NCBI GenBank assembly: GCA_041640635.1
Contig: JBEPZX010000008.1
Span: 8,470 to 72,469, forward strand
Source: Aquificaceae bacterium
Lineage (GTDB): Bacteria; Aquificota; Aquificia; Aquificales; Aquificaceae
DNA length: 64,000 nt
Reading direction: 5' to 3'
Below are positions 10,005-18,914 of this stretch, piece by piece; position 1 is the first letter of the stretch; each line of letters starts with the position of its first letter. The notes below the pieces were generated by a model, which worked only from the letters and a program-made list of their open reading frames with translations, had not been told where the DNA came from and did not search any database. Both the position numbers and the translations under genes were made by a program.

Positions 10005-10748
10005 TTAGGTATTACCAAAAACGTAAGAAACGTTTCTGAGTCTATCTCTTACCGTTTTCAATTCCTCTTCCAAATCACTCAAATCATCCTTTGGAATCCA
10101 GTGGTTTACATTGATTCTTTGCATAATTTCTCTACCTTCTGTATCTGTAGACATATTCATTAGTACTTCCAGAACCTCGTCCCTTTTATAAAGCTCGGGA
10201 TTTACCATAATGTAATGAGAATGGTTACCTTCCCTAAAAGAGATTGTCTCTATATTGGCTTTAACTAAGTTAGACATTCTATCAAAATAGTCTTTATACA
10301 GTATTGAAACCACACTTTCTGTGTTAAGTACTTCCTTCACGCATAGTTCCCAAGAGTCTTTGAATAGTATGTTTACTTTAGGCAGGTCTTCAACAAGATC
10401 TGAAAGTATGTGTAGACCGAGAACATGAGCATATGTATTGTTTACAGAACACACGGTATGAAAATCTATATTAGTATTAACTTTTTTTACTAGATAAGCT
10501 GAATCTCTATTGTCTGTACCTACGACTACTTCAAATCCAGATTTCCACAGCCTAAAAGCATCCAACGGATTTGCGTAAACGATACCACAATCATACATGA
10601 TAGTCCTAAACACATTAAAACTTCCACCTGTCCTTTGGTATGAAAGCTGTTTGTCTAACTTTCTAGATAGGTATACTACAAAATCTATCCAATTAGCTTT
10701 ATTCTTTGGCGTAGCATCATGTGGGCACACTGTCATGTACTTTGCCAT
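10005..10748 (-). CDS. PhnD/SsuA/transferrin-like substrate-binding-fold protein with no signal peptide
   Basis: VYANP, ...HYIMV, MSTDTEGREIM-type pattern of the PhnD-like family. Start MAKYM at 10748 has a GGAGGA SD. Confidence 0.55.
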   Translation of the reverse strand: MAKYMTVCPHDATPKNKANWIDFVVYLSRKLDKQLSYQRTGGSFNVFRTIMYDCGIVYANPLDAFRLWKSGFEVVVGTDNRDSAYLVKKVNTNIDFHTVCSVNNTYAHVLGLHILSDLVEDLPKVNILFKDSWELCVKEVLNTESVVSILYKDYFDRMSNLVKANIETISFREGNHSHYIMVNPELYKRDEVLEVLMNMSTDTEGREIMQRINVNHWIPKDDLSDLEEELKTVRDRLRNVSYVFGNT

Positions 10749-10816
10749 GTTTCTTCCTCCTGAAAACATAACAGCTCAATATTATACAAACTTTAATGTT
10801 AAGGAAATGTTAAGAT

Positions 10817-11158
10817 TTACACCTCTATTTCAATACTTTTTAGATATAGCTCATCTCCAGATACAAGGCTGGAAGGCTGATTACATACGGGACATAGTGT
10901 ATTGAGTTCTTCTTTGTGAAATTCCCTTTCGCAACGATTACAGTACACTTTAATAGGAGCTCTTTCTATAATCAACTCAGCGTTTTTTGCAATTGTTCCC
11001 TCTTTGAAGGTATCGAAAGCCATCTTCAAAAGATGAGGCTCCGCACCAGAGAAAGGTCCAATTAGAACAACAACCTTCTCAACGCTTTTGGCATTCTCCT
11101 TTTTTGCGTAACTTTCTATCAAAGATAGCAAACTTTGAACTATGGAAAACTCGTGCAT
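10817..11158 (-). CDS. hypA: Hydrogenase nickel chaperone HypA
   Basis: MHE N-terminus, CNRC and CPVC zinc motifs. Confidence 0.95.
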   Translation of the reverse strand: MHEFSIVQSLLSLIESYAKKENAKSVEKVVVLIGPFSGAEPHLLKMAFDTFKEGTIAKNAELIIERAPIKVYCNRCEREFHKEELNTLCPVCNQPSSLVSGDELYLKSIEIEV

Positions 11159-12153
11159 CAGCAGATCCTAGGCAGTAGTATACCAGAAGGTGGTTCCATA
11201 AGACGCCTTACACCGTAAGGGTTCTTTACTATCACCTTTGGTTTTTGAGACTTACCGACAACTTTACCTATAATGGAAGGCTTTTCCGCAAGTGGATGGT
11301 TCTTCATGATTTCCATAAGTCTTTCTTCGTAGCCACTCTCCACTATAAAGACCATTCGACCTTCACATGCAAGGTGTAAGGGATCGATGCCTAAAAACTC
11401 ACACAGTCCAAGAACGGAGCTTCTTACAGGTATACGCTCTTCTTCAACCTCTATATCCACATAAGAAGCTCTTGCCATCTCATAAAGGACGCTAGCCAAC
11501 CCACCCCTTGTTGGATCCCTCATAGCTTTTACTTTCACACCTCCCTCTATAACATCCTTTACCAATGACCAAAGAGAGGCGCAATCACTTTGAAGGTCTA
11601 CATCAAAGTTTTCTCTCTCCGCCAGTATACATGCTCCATGATCTCCCAAATATCCAGAAACCGCTATCACATCACCTTCCTGTAAGCTATCCGAAGAAAG
11701 ACCATAGTAAATCACTTCACCTATACCGGAAGTAGATAAAACTATACCTTTTAATGTACCAGCAGGCATTACCTTAGTATCTCCCGCAACCACCAAAATC
11801 CCAGTCTTTTGAGCTTCAGATCTCAGATCATCCACGATCTTTTCCAAATCCCCTATGGGAAAACCCTCTTCTATAACGAAAGAAACGCTCATATACAAAG
11901 GTTTTGCTCCCATAGCAGCAAGGTCGTTAACGGTACCTGCAACGGCAAGTTTTCCTATGCTTCCTCCTTTAAAGAAGTATGGACTGACAGTAAAGGCATC
12001 CGTTGTGTAGGCTATCTTAGATGGTACATTGAGTATGGAAGCATCCTCGAGCTTGTCCAGGTAAGGGTTAGAAAGACGCTTTAAGAAAACTTTTTTTACT
12101 ATCTCATAACTCTCCTCACCGCCACCACCATGCGTAATGGTTACTCTATCCAT
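11158..12153 (-). CDS. hypE: Hydrogenase maturation carbamoyl dehydratase HypE
   Basis: HGGGG, GTVNDL, GDTKV, RDPTRGG and C-terminal PRIC. Confidence 0.96.
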   Translation of the reverse strand: MDRVTITHGGGGEESYEIVKKVFLKRLSNPYLDKLEDASILNVPSKIAYTTDAFTVSPYFFKGGSIGKLAVAGTVNDLAAMGAKPLYMSVSFVIEEGFPIGDLEKIVDDLRSEAQKTGILVVAGDTKVMPAGTLKGIVLSTSGIGEVIYYGLSSDSLQEGDVIAVSGYLGDHGACILAERENFDVDLQSDCASLWSLVKDVIEGGVKVKAMRDPTRGGLASVLYEMARASYVDIEVEEERIPVRSSVLGLCEFLGIDPLHLACEGRMVFIVESGYEERLMEIMKNHPLAEKPSIIGKVVGKSQKPKVIVKNPYGVRRLMEPPSGILLPRIC

Positions 12154-12163
12154 TTCCTACCTC

Positions 12164-13411
12164 CTAATGAGTGGTACATACTGAACAAACATCAAAGCTT
12201 CTCAAAATTAACTGTGCACTCCATTCATCCTTAGCACTCAGCATAGCTTTTTCCGCCACACCTATATAGTTTTTACATCTAGGTCCAAGATTCCAAGCTG
12301 AAGGAGTTATTATCTTATAGTCTCTTATTGTGCCTTTCTTTATCCAAACCTTGTGCAAGAGAGTACCCCTAGCAGCTTCCACCAAAGCATATCCCACTCC
12401 GGAAAGATCCTTTACCTTTCCTCTCAACCAGGAAGGTTTGTTTAAATGGATCTCCAGTTGAATTAAGAGCTGATCCAGCTTTTCAATTAGGCTATGTATC
12501 TCATAGAGCCTTGCCAAAACTCTAACCATAAAGCTGTCTTTGTAAACCTTGAAAAGACTCATAACCTTCCTATCCTTTTGCTTTACAGCTCGAGCTATAG
12601 GTCCTACTTGGTAAGGAAGTCCCATATACCTAACAGTCAAAGCCCACGAATAAGCTAAAGGGTTTTTAGACTGAAAAGAGTAATCATCCCTTTCCTCTAT
12701 TAAGTCCGGTTTTACAGTATCCTGTTTCTCTTCGTAGCAAACCTTGCAGTTTGCCAAAAAATGCGTATAAGAATTCCCAATATTCTCAAGACCGAACTCA
12801 AAGCACAGATCTTTAAAATTTTCTATGTCCTCATCGAGTATACAAATGTAACTTTTTGCCTTATTCAAAATCTCTGCGGCCCTTATTAAAGTGTGCTCGT
12901 CTACGTGACACGTAACTCCTCCAGGTACCATATAAGAACTGTGGGGCCACTGTCCAGAAAATAAGGCGTTCATTGTAACAAACAGATTGGAAAACTCTAT
13001 AGCTTTTCTCCACTTTACACCTTTGAAGGGTTCATAGAAGGGGGAAAGTTCTTTCTTTTTGGTTACGAAGTCGGGCATAAGATACAAATAGAACCACTTG
13101 ACGTGGTTTTGTAAAATCTCCGATATATTTGTGATGTCTCTTATAATTTTGGCTTTCTTGGTATGTTTTACTTTTAGAGCGTCTTCGATAGCTTCAACGG
13201 TAGCCCTTAAATGAGCATGTCCGCATATCCCACAAACTCTAGGATTTATAACCAATGCATCCATATATGGTCTACCTATAAGAACTTTCTCTATTCCTCT
13301 GTAATCGTGAACACATACCTTGGCATCAATCACTTTACCACCTTCTATTTGAAGATTTATACTTGCAGAACCTTCTATCCTCGTAAGCAAACTTTCTTTA
13401 ACTACCCTCAT
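12164..13411 (-). CDS. [NiFe]-hydrogenase large subunit, group 2 (probably 2d)
   Basis: RIEG, L1 PRVCGICGHAH, L2 RSFDVCSVCTTH followed directly by the stop. Confidence 0.92.
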   Translation of the reverse strand: MRVVKESLLTRIEGSASINLQIEGGKVIDAKVCVHDYRGIEKVLIGRPYMDALVINPRVCGICGHAHLRATVEAIEDALKVKHTKKAKIIRDITNISEILQNHVKWFYLYLMPDFVTKKKELSPFYEPFKGVKWRKAIEFSNLFVTMNALFSGQWPHSSYMVPGGVTCHVDEHTLIRAAEILNKAKSYICILDEDIENFKDLCFEFGLENIGNSYTHFLANCKVCYEEKQDTVKPDLIEERDDYSFQSKNPLAYSWALTVRYMGLPYQVGPIARAVKQKDRKVMSLFKVYKDSFMVRVLARLYEIHSLIEKLDQLLIQLEIHLNKPSWLRGKVKDLSGVGYALVEAARGTLLHKVWIKKGTIRDYKIITPSAWNLGPRCKNYIGVAEKAMLSAKDEWSAQLILRSFDVCSVCTTH

Positions 13412-14246
13412 CCTTTAGTCTCTCCGGTGTGAAGGTCTTAGCTATACCTGACATGAGGATGTAAGCTCTCTTTGAAACTCCAATGGGAAGGTCTACGGGA
13501 ATCCCCATGTAAGTTTTCGTTTCAAATAACCCTTCACGTGGAAAGTCTAACTCTGTACAACCAAAGCAAGGTGTTCCAGCACGCGTCTTCGAGTTAACAC
13601 CGTTCCAAAGGTACCTGTTGCAGGAAGCATGTGTCATTGGTCCTCTACAACCTTGCAAATAAAAGAGACAACCCACTTTAGAACCAAAACCTTTGGCTTC
13701 TACCTTCCATTCGAAATACTCGTTTCTCATACATCCCCAATGCACAAAATCCGAATAATATATCAGTGGTCTCCTGTATTGGTCAAGCTTTAGATTCATG
13801 TCTTTTCTAACAGCCATTAGTGTACCGCATATCCATTCTGGGTTAGCAGGACACCCGGTAAGGTTTATAACTTTATTTTCATCCTCTATAACGTTCGATC
13901 TTTCTTTAAATCTGTAAAGAACTCCGCATACTTCTTTATTCTTGAGCGCTGGAATGTTTCCATAAACCGCACAGTTTCCTACCGCCACTATACACTTGGA
14001 TCTTTCCGCCAAAAGCTTAAACGTTTCCCTATGCCTACCATCTAAAGCCCCTTCTAATACAAGCACATCCAAGGACAAGGATCCCTTTAAAATATCCTTT
14101 AATGTATCATCAAGCACATGACTTATTGAAAAAGCAGGATGGAAAATTACGTCGTATTCATCAAGTACCCATAAACTTTTTTCCAAAGATAGAAAGGAAT
14201 GGGTATTACCACAACATGTGAGCGCCTGATACCATAAAAGCTTCAT
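13398..14246 (-). CDS. [NiFe]-hydrogenase small subunit, cytoplasmic
   Basis: TCCGNTHS, GNCA, GCP, HWGC..GCL..GCRGP..C..CFGC; no Tat peptide or TM anchor. Confidence 0.92.
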   Translation of the reverse strand: MKLLWYQALTCCGNTHSFLSLEKSLWVLDEYDVIFHPAFSISHVLDDTLKDILKGSLSLDVLVLEGALDGRHRETFKLLAERSKCIVAVGNCAVYGNIPALKNKEVCGVLYRFKERSNVIEDENKVINLTGCPANPEWICGTLMAVRKDMNLKLDQYRRPLIYYSDFVHWGCMRNEYFEWKVEAKGFGSKVGCLFYLQGCRGPMTHASCNRYLWNGVNSKTRAGTPCFGCTELDFPREGLFETKTYMGIPVDLPIGVSKRAYILMSGIAKTFTPERLKDEGS

Positions 14247-14953
14247 GCACTTTTCCTAGATACCACATGTGTTCGAAGATAGTTCAACCAATCCTGGAAA
14301 CCTTCACCAGTCTTAGAAGAAAGCAGTATAACCTGCGCTTTTGGGTTCACTTTTCTTAAAGAACTTACAGCATAGCTAACATCAAAACCCGTATAGGGTA
14401 TTAAGTCTGTTTTGCTAATTATTACTAAATCGGCTTTTCTAAACATCACCGGGTATTTTTCGGGTTTGTCCTCTCCTTCCGTAGAGGAAAGAAGTGCCAC
14501 ATTGAGATGCACACCCAAATCGTAGGAAGCTGGACAAACCAAGTTGCCTACGTTTTCTATAAAGACAATATCCAGATTTTCCAAAGGCATATGGTGTATA
14601 CCTTCATGGACCATAAAAGCATCCAGATGACAAGCTCCACCAGTAGTTATCTGGTAAGCTGGTGCGCCTTTGGCTTTTATCCTTTGCGTATCCTTGTCGG
14701 TCTCCAAATCACCCTCAATAACACCTATCTTTATCTCATCTCCTAACTCTTCTATGGTTCTCTCCAATAAGCTCGTTTTACCAGCACCTGGAGAACTCAT
14801 TAAATTTATGGCTAAAACCCCGTGCTCATCAAAGTGTTCCAAGTTTGACCTTGCTTGTCTATCATTGGCTGATAACACCTTATCCATAACCTCAAGACTC
14901 TTTATTTCCCTATGATCATGGTGATTTGCTCCACAGCCACACTCTGTACACAT
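14243..14953 (-). CDS. hypB: Hydrogenase nickel incorporation GTPase HypB
   Basis: MCTECGC Ni motif, His-rich stretch, SSPGAGKT, CHL, ENVGNLVCP. Start placed at ATG 14953 after a GGGGG SD. Confidence 0.95.
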   Translation of the reverse strand: MCTECGCGANHHDHREIKSLEVMDKVLSANDRQARSNLEHFDEHGVLAINLMSSPGAGKTSLLERTIEELGDEIKIGVIEGDLETDKDTQRIKAKGAPAYQITTGGACHLDAFMVHEGIHHMPLENLDIVFIENVGNLVCPASYDLGVHLNVALLSSTEGEDKPEKYPVMFRKADLVIISKTDLIPYTGFDVSYAVSSLRKVNPKAQVILLSSKTGEGFQDWLNYLRTHVVSRKSA

Positions 14954-14969
14954 GTCAACCCCCTTATAG

Positions 14970-14997
14970 TTAATGAACATTCATATAATATATTATA
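14970..14997 (-). promoter_or_regulatory. Putative -10 box and TetR-type operator upstream of hypB
   Basis: Minus-strand TATAAT at 14997-14992, followed by the near-palindrome TGAATG-TT-CATTAA at 14983-14970. Confidence 0.5.
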
Positions 14998-15004
14998 TAC
15001 CTTT

Positions 15005-15607
15005 TTAAATCTTTAGGGCTTTCCATAGTGTATCCGCTAGCTCTTCAGCGTAGTCCATAAGATCCTTATCCAAGGTTCCTTCACCACTTAAGAATACAAG
15101 CCCTCCCATGGATCCCATTAATGTGGTGAAAGCTACAAAAAAGTCCATATTTCTTAATTCACCTCTCTCTACACCGTTAAGCAAGAGAACCATTATTTCT
15201 GTAACTACCTCACCTACGCACGCAAATCCTCTGCAGTCCTCTAAGAAAACTTCCCTGTTTGCCAAAAATACTCTTAAAAAGTACTCTATGAGTTCCGGTT
15301 CCTCTTTGGATATTCGGAAGAAAGCTTTTGTAAGCTGCTCTATTTTTTGCTTAGTTGGCATATCTGCCTCATTTATTTCCCTAAATTTCTCAGCTATCCA
15401 AGAAGAAACCGTAAGCATTATAGTTTTAGCGAGCTCTTCCTTTGATCTAAAGTAGTTGTATATGTTGCCTACGCTCATATTAAGCTCGTTAGCTATATCG
15501 GGTATTGTAGTGTTGTAGTAACCTTTTTTGGAAAATAGCCTACAGGCGGTTCTTATTATCTCGATCTTTTTTCTTTCTTTTATTTTTTGTTTGAGAGCAT
15601 CTTTCAT
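15005..15607 (-). CDS. TetR/AcrR family transcriptional regulator
   Basis: HTH LFSKKGYYNTTIPDIA..MSVGNIYNYFRSKEEL; start placed at ATG 15607. Confidence 0.92.
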   Translation of the reverse strand: MKDALKQKIKERKKIEIIRTACRLFSKKGYYNTTIPDIANELNMSVGNIYNYFRSKEELAKTIMLTVSSWIAEKFREINEADMPTKQKIEQLTKAFFRISKEEPELIEYFLRVFLANREVFLEDCRGFACVGEVVTEIMVLLLNGVERGELRNMDFFVAFTTLMGSMGGLVFLSGEGTLDKDLMDYAEELADTLWKALKI

Positions 15608-15654
15608 AATACTATAATTTAAACCAAAGGTCAATAAGCCTATTATTAATAACT

Positions 15655-15858
15655 ATGAAGATCTATGTAACTTACAGGGGAAAAGAAATGGAGCTGTTTG
15701 TGAATCAAGAAAAGGTCAGAATCAGTGATGTTCTTAAGATTTTAAACCTTTCTAGAGAATACGTTTTTGTTGTAAGAGACAACGAAGTTTTAGACCCAAA
15801 GGATGAGCTAAAAGATGGAGAAAAAATAAGAGTTATAAACGCCATTTCTGGCGGATGA
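15655..15858 (+). CDS. Ubiquitin-like sulfur carrier (MoaD/ThiS; TtuB-like)
   Basis: 67 aa beta-grasp-type sequence ending in ISGG. Confidence 0.85.
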   Translation: MKIYVTYRGKEMELFVNQEKVRISDVLKILNLSREYVFVVRDNEVLDPKDELKDGEKIRVINAISGG

Positions 15859-16803
15859 CTACCTCTCCAGCTCTTCCGGATAAGGATTCAGGTAAGTTTG
15901 CGATAGTATATACTCATCATCAAACCTGTAAGCCCAGTTTCTCAACATCTCCCTAGGGACGCTTATGGGGAATTGTCCTTTTCTAAACTTCTCCAAAATA
16001 TCCAGGAAATGGCTCTTTTCTTTACGTGTTAAGAAATCAGACAAGTGTCCAAGTATGTGCATAAAGGTGTTTACATGAGAGCCAACACCGGCTCTCTTCA
16101 TAAATGCCTTTCTGAACATAGCCTCATACTCAAGTTTGATCCGCTCTAAGCTTTCATCTTTTTTATATTGAGCTAAGAGATTTCCCATCCTCTTCAAAAG
16201 CATTGGACTACGGGATAGCAGGGCATACTTGTACATCCTGTGAAAGTTCATTAAGTCCGTTATACCTTTAGCTTCCTTGGCGTATGCTCTCCAGTGGGCT
16301 GATGCAAAGATGTATGAAAGGAAGGTATCCCTTATCTGATGGTTGTGTAAGCGTCCTTCATCCTCAACGGGAAGGTCACCGTATGCTTTTAGCACCTCCA
16401 TAGCAAATATACCTTTACCCTTCCCGTAAAATTCCTTTGCATCTCTGTCTTTGTAAACTTTGGTGTTGGAAACACCGCAGGAAGGTGACTTACTCTTTAA
16501 CAAAAACCCGTCCACTTGAGGTAAGGACTCTAAAAAAGTATGAGAGAACTCTAAAAGTTTTTCTGTTAAGTCTCTACCCGTAGCAGGCTGAAAAACCCTA
16601 TAATCTCCGTTTTCTATGTATACATGAATCTTACTTCTGGGCACACCAAGACCTATGCCAACCTCTGGGCATACGGGAATGATCTGACAGTACTGTCTTA
16701 GCTTTACGACGAATTCATCTCTTACTATCTCTCCGTTGTATCTTACCGGTTGCAAATCAAGGCATGCACTCAGAACCAAGAGAGGTTTTTCAAAAGTTCT
16801 CAT
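15859..16803 (-). CDS. DUF523/DUF1722 protein (2-thiouracil desulfurase-like + YbgA domain)
   Basis: SACL..VRYNG, CPEV, KSKSPSCG, EDEGRL, QTYLNPYP motifs. Confidence 0.88.
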   Translation of the reverse strand: MRTFEKPLLVLSACLDLQPVRYNGEIVRDEFVVKLRQYCQIIPVCPEVGIGLGVPRSKIHVYIENGDYRVFQPATGRDLTEKLLEFSHTFLESLPQVDGFLLKSKSPSCGVSNTKVYKDRDAKEFYGKGKGIFAMEVLKAYGDLPVEDEGRLHNHQIRDTFLSYIFASAHWRAYAKEAKGITDLMNFHRMYKYALLSRSPMLLKRMGNLLAQYKKDESLERIKLEYEAMFRKAFMKRAGVGSHVNTFMHILGHLSDFLTRKEKSHFLDILEKFRKGQFPISVPREMLRNWAYRFDDEYILSQTYLNPYPEELER

Positions 16804-17252
16804 TTTTCCACTTTTAGATACAAGAGCATGTATCCATTTTTGAAAAAGTATCGAGAGATTATTACCCTATCTTTAAACTGCTTAGGTATTTTTTCATACA
16901 AATTTGTGTTTTTTATAACTTCCCAAAGGTTCATGCATGCAAATTCCGAGTCCTGCTTAAGAACGTTTTCAAATTCTCCCAATACAGACGGAGTTAAGAT
17001 GTAGGCTTTTATACATCTTATTTGATCTTCTTTTTTGTTGTAGACATTTTTTGTGTCTTCTCTTAAACGCAGTTCTAACTTTTTCTTAAAAAGAAATGCT
17101 CTTTTGTGTTTAGTTATCCTTAATAATCCATCATTTATGTAAAAGTCATAATCTTTAAAAACCTTCTTAAGATCTTCCGGTGTAATTTTTAGCTCTACTT
17201 CTGCATCCAAAAGATTTCCAAAGTTGATTAAGTCCTCTGCAAATATACCCAT
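16800..17252 (-). CDS. Hypothetical protein
   Basis: 150-aa ORF overlapping the start of the DUF523 gene; preceded by TTGACA-16-TATCTT. Confidence 0.7.
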   Translation of the reverse strand: MGIFAEDLINFGNLLDAEVELKITPEDLKKVFKDYDFYINDGLLRITKHKRAFLFKKKLELRLREDTKNVYNKKEDQIRCIKAYILTPSVLGEFENVLKQDSEFACMNLWEVIKNTNLYEKIPKQFKDRVIISRYFFKNGYMLLYLKVEK

Positions 17253-17270
17253 CCACTAAGAAAGATATGA

Positions 17271-17450
17271 AACAAAAATACCATGTCAAGGTGAACTGCT
17301 CCCACCTGTGGAGGTGGAGGCTTCCTGCTTCAACGAGCGTTTTTCGCACTCTCCACAGGCGTAACTTCGGGCTGTCCCAGCCCTACGTAAAGCAAGCCAA
17401 AATTTCTCAAATTCGTAGCAGCATTAATGTCTCTGTCATGAATAGTCTTA
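17271..17450 (-). ncRNA. Putative TnpB omegaRNA (reRNA) scaffold plus flanking guide
   Basis: Inferred from known TnpB biology: it overlaps the tnpB 3' end and right-end hairpin, and the guide is the flank beyond TCAC. The 5' boundary is approximate. Confidence 0.55.
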
Positions 17451-18469
17451 CAATGTGGACATTCCCATTCTCTGTCTGAAAGTTTCAAATCACTATAAAC
17501 ATACCCACACACGCTACATGTTTTTGAGGAAGGATAGAACCTGTCCACTTTTATGAGGGTTCGGTTATACCACTTAGCCTTATACTCCAAGTATTGTAAA
17601 AATGTAGTCCATGAGCTGTCCAAAATGTGTTTAGCTAAGTGTGTTTGGGAAAGACCCTTTACGTTCAAGCTTTCCACCACCACGACTTGGCTCTCGTCTA
17701 TGATGGCTTTGGAAAGCTTGTGCAAAAAGTCCCCCCTTGAATTCTGTATATACTCAAATTCTTTTGCAATTTGTATTCTATTTTTCTCCCAATTTTGTGA
17801 ACCCTTTTGCTTCCTTGCTAAAGCCCTTTGCAATCTTTTTAGCCTCTTTTCAGCCTTGATAAGATACTTAGGAGACTCAACCTTTATAATCCCTTTGTCC
17901 GTTACTATTGTAGCAAAGCTTTTAAGTCCTACATCTATACCACATACCAGATTTTGTGGCTTTTTTACCTTATTTCTCGTATCTTGCACTTCCACTAAAA
18001 TGCTTGTGTAATATTTCCCTGCTTTCGTCTTTACAATTGTTACGGACTTTATCCTACCTTCAAACTTTCTATGAAAACGGACTTTTACTCCTGTTTTGAG
18101 TTTAGGTAAGTAAATAAGCCCTTTCTCAAAATCTACTTTGCAGTTGTTTGTAGTATACGATTGTTTGTCTTTTTTTCTTTTGAGTTTTGGCAATCCAAAA
18201 TGCTCTTTATTTTTGAAATAATTTCTAAATGTTTGTTCTAATTGCAACTGAACATTAGCCAGAGCAAGACTGTCTAATTCTTTCAGGAAAGGATGGTCCT
18301 GTTTATACTTTGCTGGAGTTATGCGTGGAATGGATTTCTTTTCTTTTAATGCTTGTAATTTTTCTTCAAGCAGTTTGTTCCACACAAACCTGCAACAACC
18401 AAAGGTTTTTTCAAAAAATTCTTTTTGTGCTTCATCAGGATATGCTGGGTATTTATAAGCTTTTAGCAT
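17330..18469 (-). CDS. tnpB: RNA-guided endonuclease TnpB
   Basis: N-terminal HTH FGCCRFVWN; RuvC GIDVG / VVVESL / DRDINAA intact; zinc finger CSVC...CPHC. Confidence 0.95.
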   Translation of the reverse strand: MLKAYKYPAYPDEAQKEFFEKTFGCCRFVWNKLLEEKLQALKEKKSIPRITPAKYKQDHPFLKELDSLALANVQLQLEQTFRNYFKNKEHFGLPKLKRKKDKQSYTTNNCKVDFEKGLIYLPKLKTGVKVRFHRKFEGRIKSVTIVKTKAGKYYTSILVEVQDTRNKVKKPQNLVCGIDVGLKSFATIVTDKGIIKVESPKYLIKAEKRLKRLQRALARKQKGSQNWEKNRIQIAKEFEYIQNSRGDFLHKLSKAIIDESQVVVVESLNVKGLSQTHLAKHILDSSWTTFLQYLEYKAKWYNRTLIKVDRFYPSSKTCSVCGYVYSDLKLSDREWECPHCKTIHDRDINAATNLRNFGLLYVGLGQPEVTPVESAKNAR

Positions 18470-18869
18470 TTCTTTTCTTACCTTGATTTTGAATGTATCT
18501 TTTAATTACCTCAACTGTAACTCCACCGCTTGTCAGTAAACAATAACTTCTTGACCAAAAATATTTCTCCCACAGCTTTTGCCTAATTTCGGGAAACTCC
18601 TTTTTTATAAGCCTTGAAGAAGCACTTTTATAAGCATTTATAAACTTGGAGAGAGGGGTTGTAGGGGTTGCTTTGAATAAAATGTGCACATGGTCCTTAT
18701 CATAATTCTACTCAAGCAGAGTTATATTGTAATTGGTTTGAATGTATTCAAAAATTTCTTTTAACCTTTTTGAAATTTTCTCATTTATTACCTCTCTTCT
18801 GTATTTTGTTACTAAAATCAAATGGTAGAAAAGTAAGAATACTGAATGTTTGTTTGTGTCAAATTTCAT
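18453..18869 (-). pseudogene. tnpA: Y1 HUH transposase TnpA interrupted by one in-frame TAG
   Basis: MKFDTNKHSV..YHLILVTKYRR...LLE-TAG(18710-18708)-NYDKDHVHIL...KSASSR..WSRSY..YIQNQ, all in one frame. Confidence 0.9.
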
Positions 18870-18885
18870 CCTTGTAATTAGGATT

Positions 18886-18914
18886 ATTATATACCGAAAC
18901 TGAATACTTGTCAA
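18886..18914 (-). promoter_or_regulatory. Consensus sigma70 promoter of the IS tnpA-tnpB unit
   Basis: TTGACA (18914-18909), 17-nt spacer, TATAAT (18891-18886). Confidence 0.85.

Noticed and set aside
17267..17479. 70-aa plus-strand ORF at the IS right end
   Set aside because: It is antisense to the tnpB 3' end and omegaRNA hairpin, and has no recognisable protein features.
18708..18710. In-frame TAG in tnpA as programmed recoding (pyrrolysine or readthrough)
   Set aside because: It is most simply a TGG-to-TAG nonsense change at a likely Trp position; there are no pyl genes or recoding signals in the window. A sequencing error cannot be excluded.
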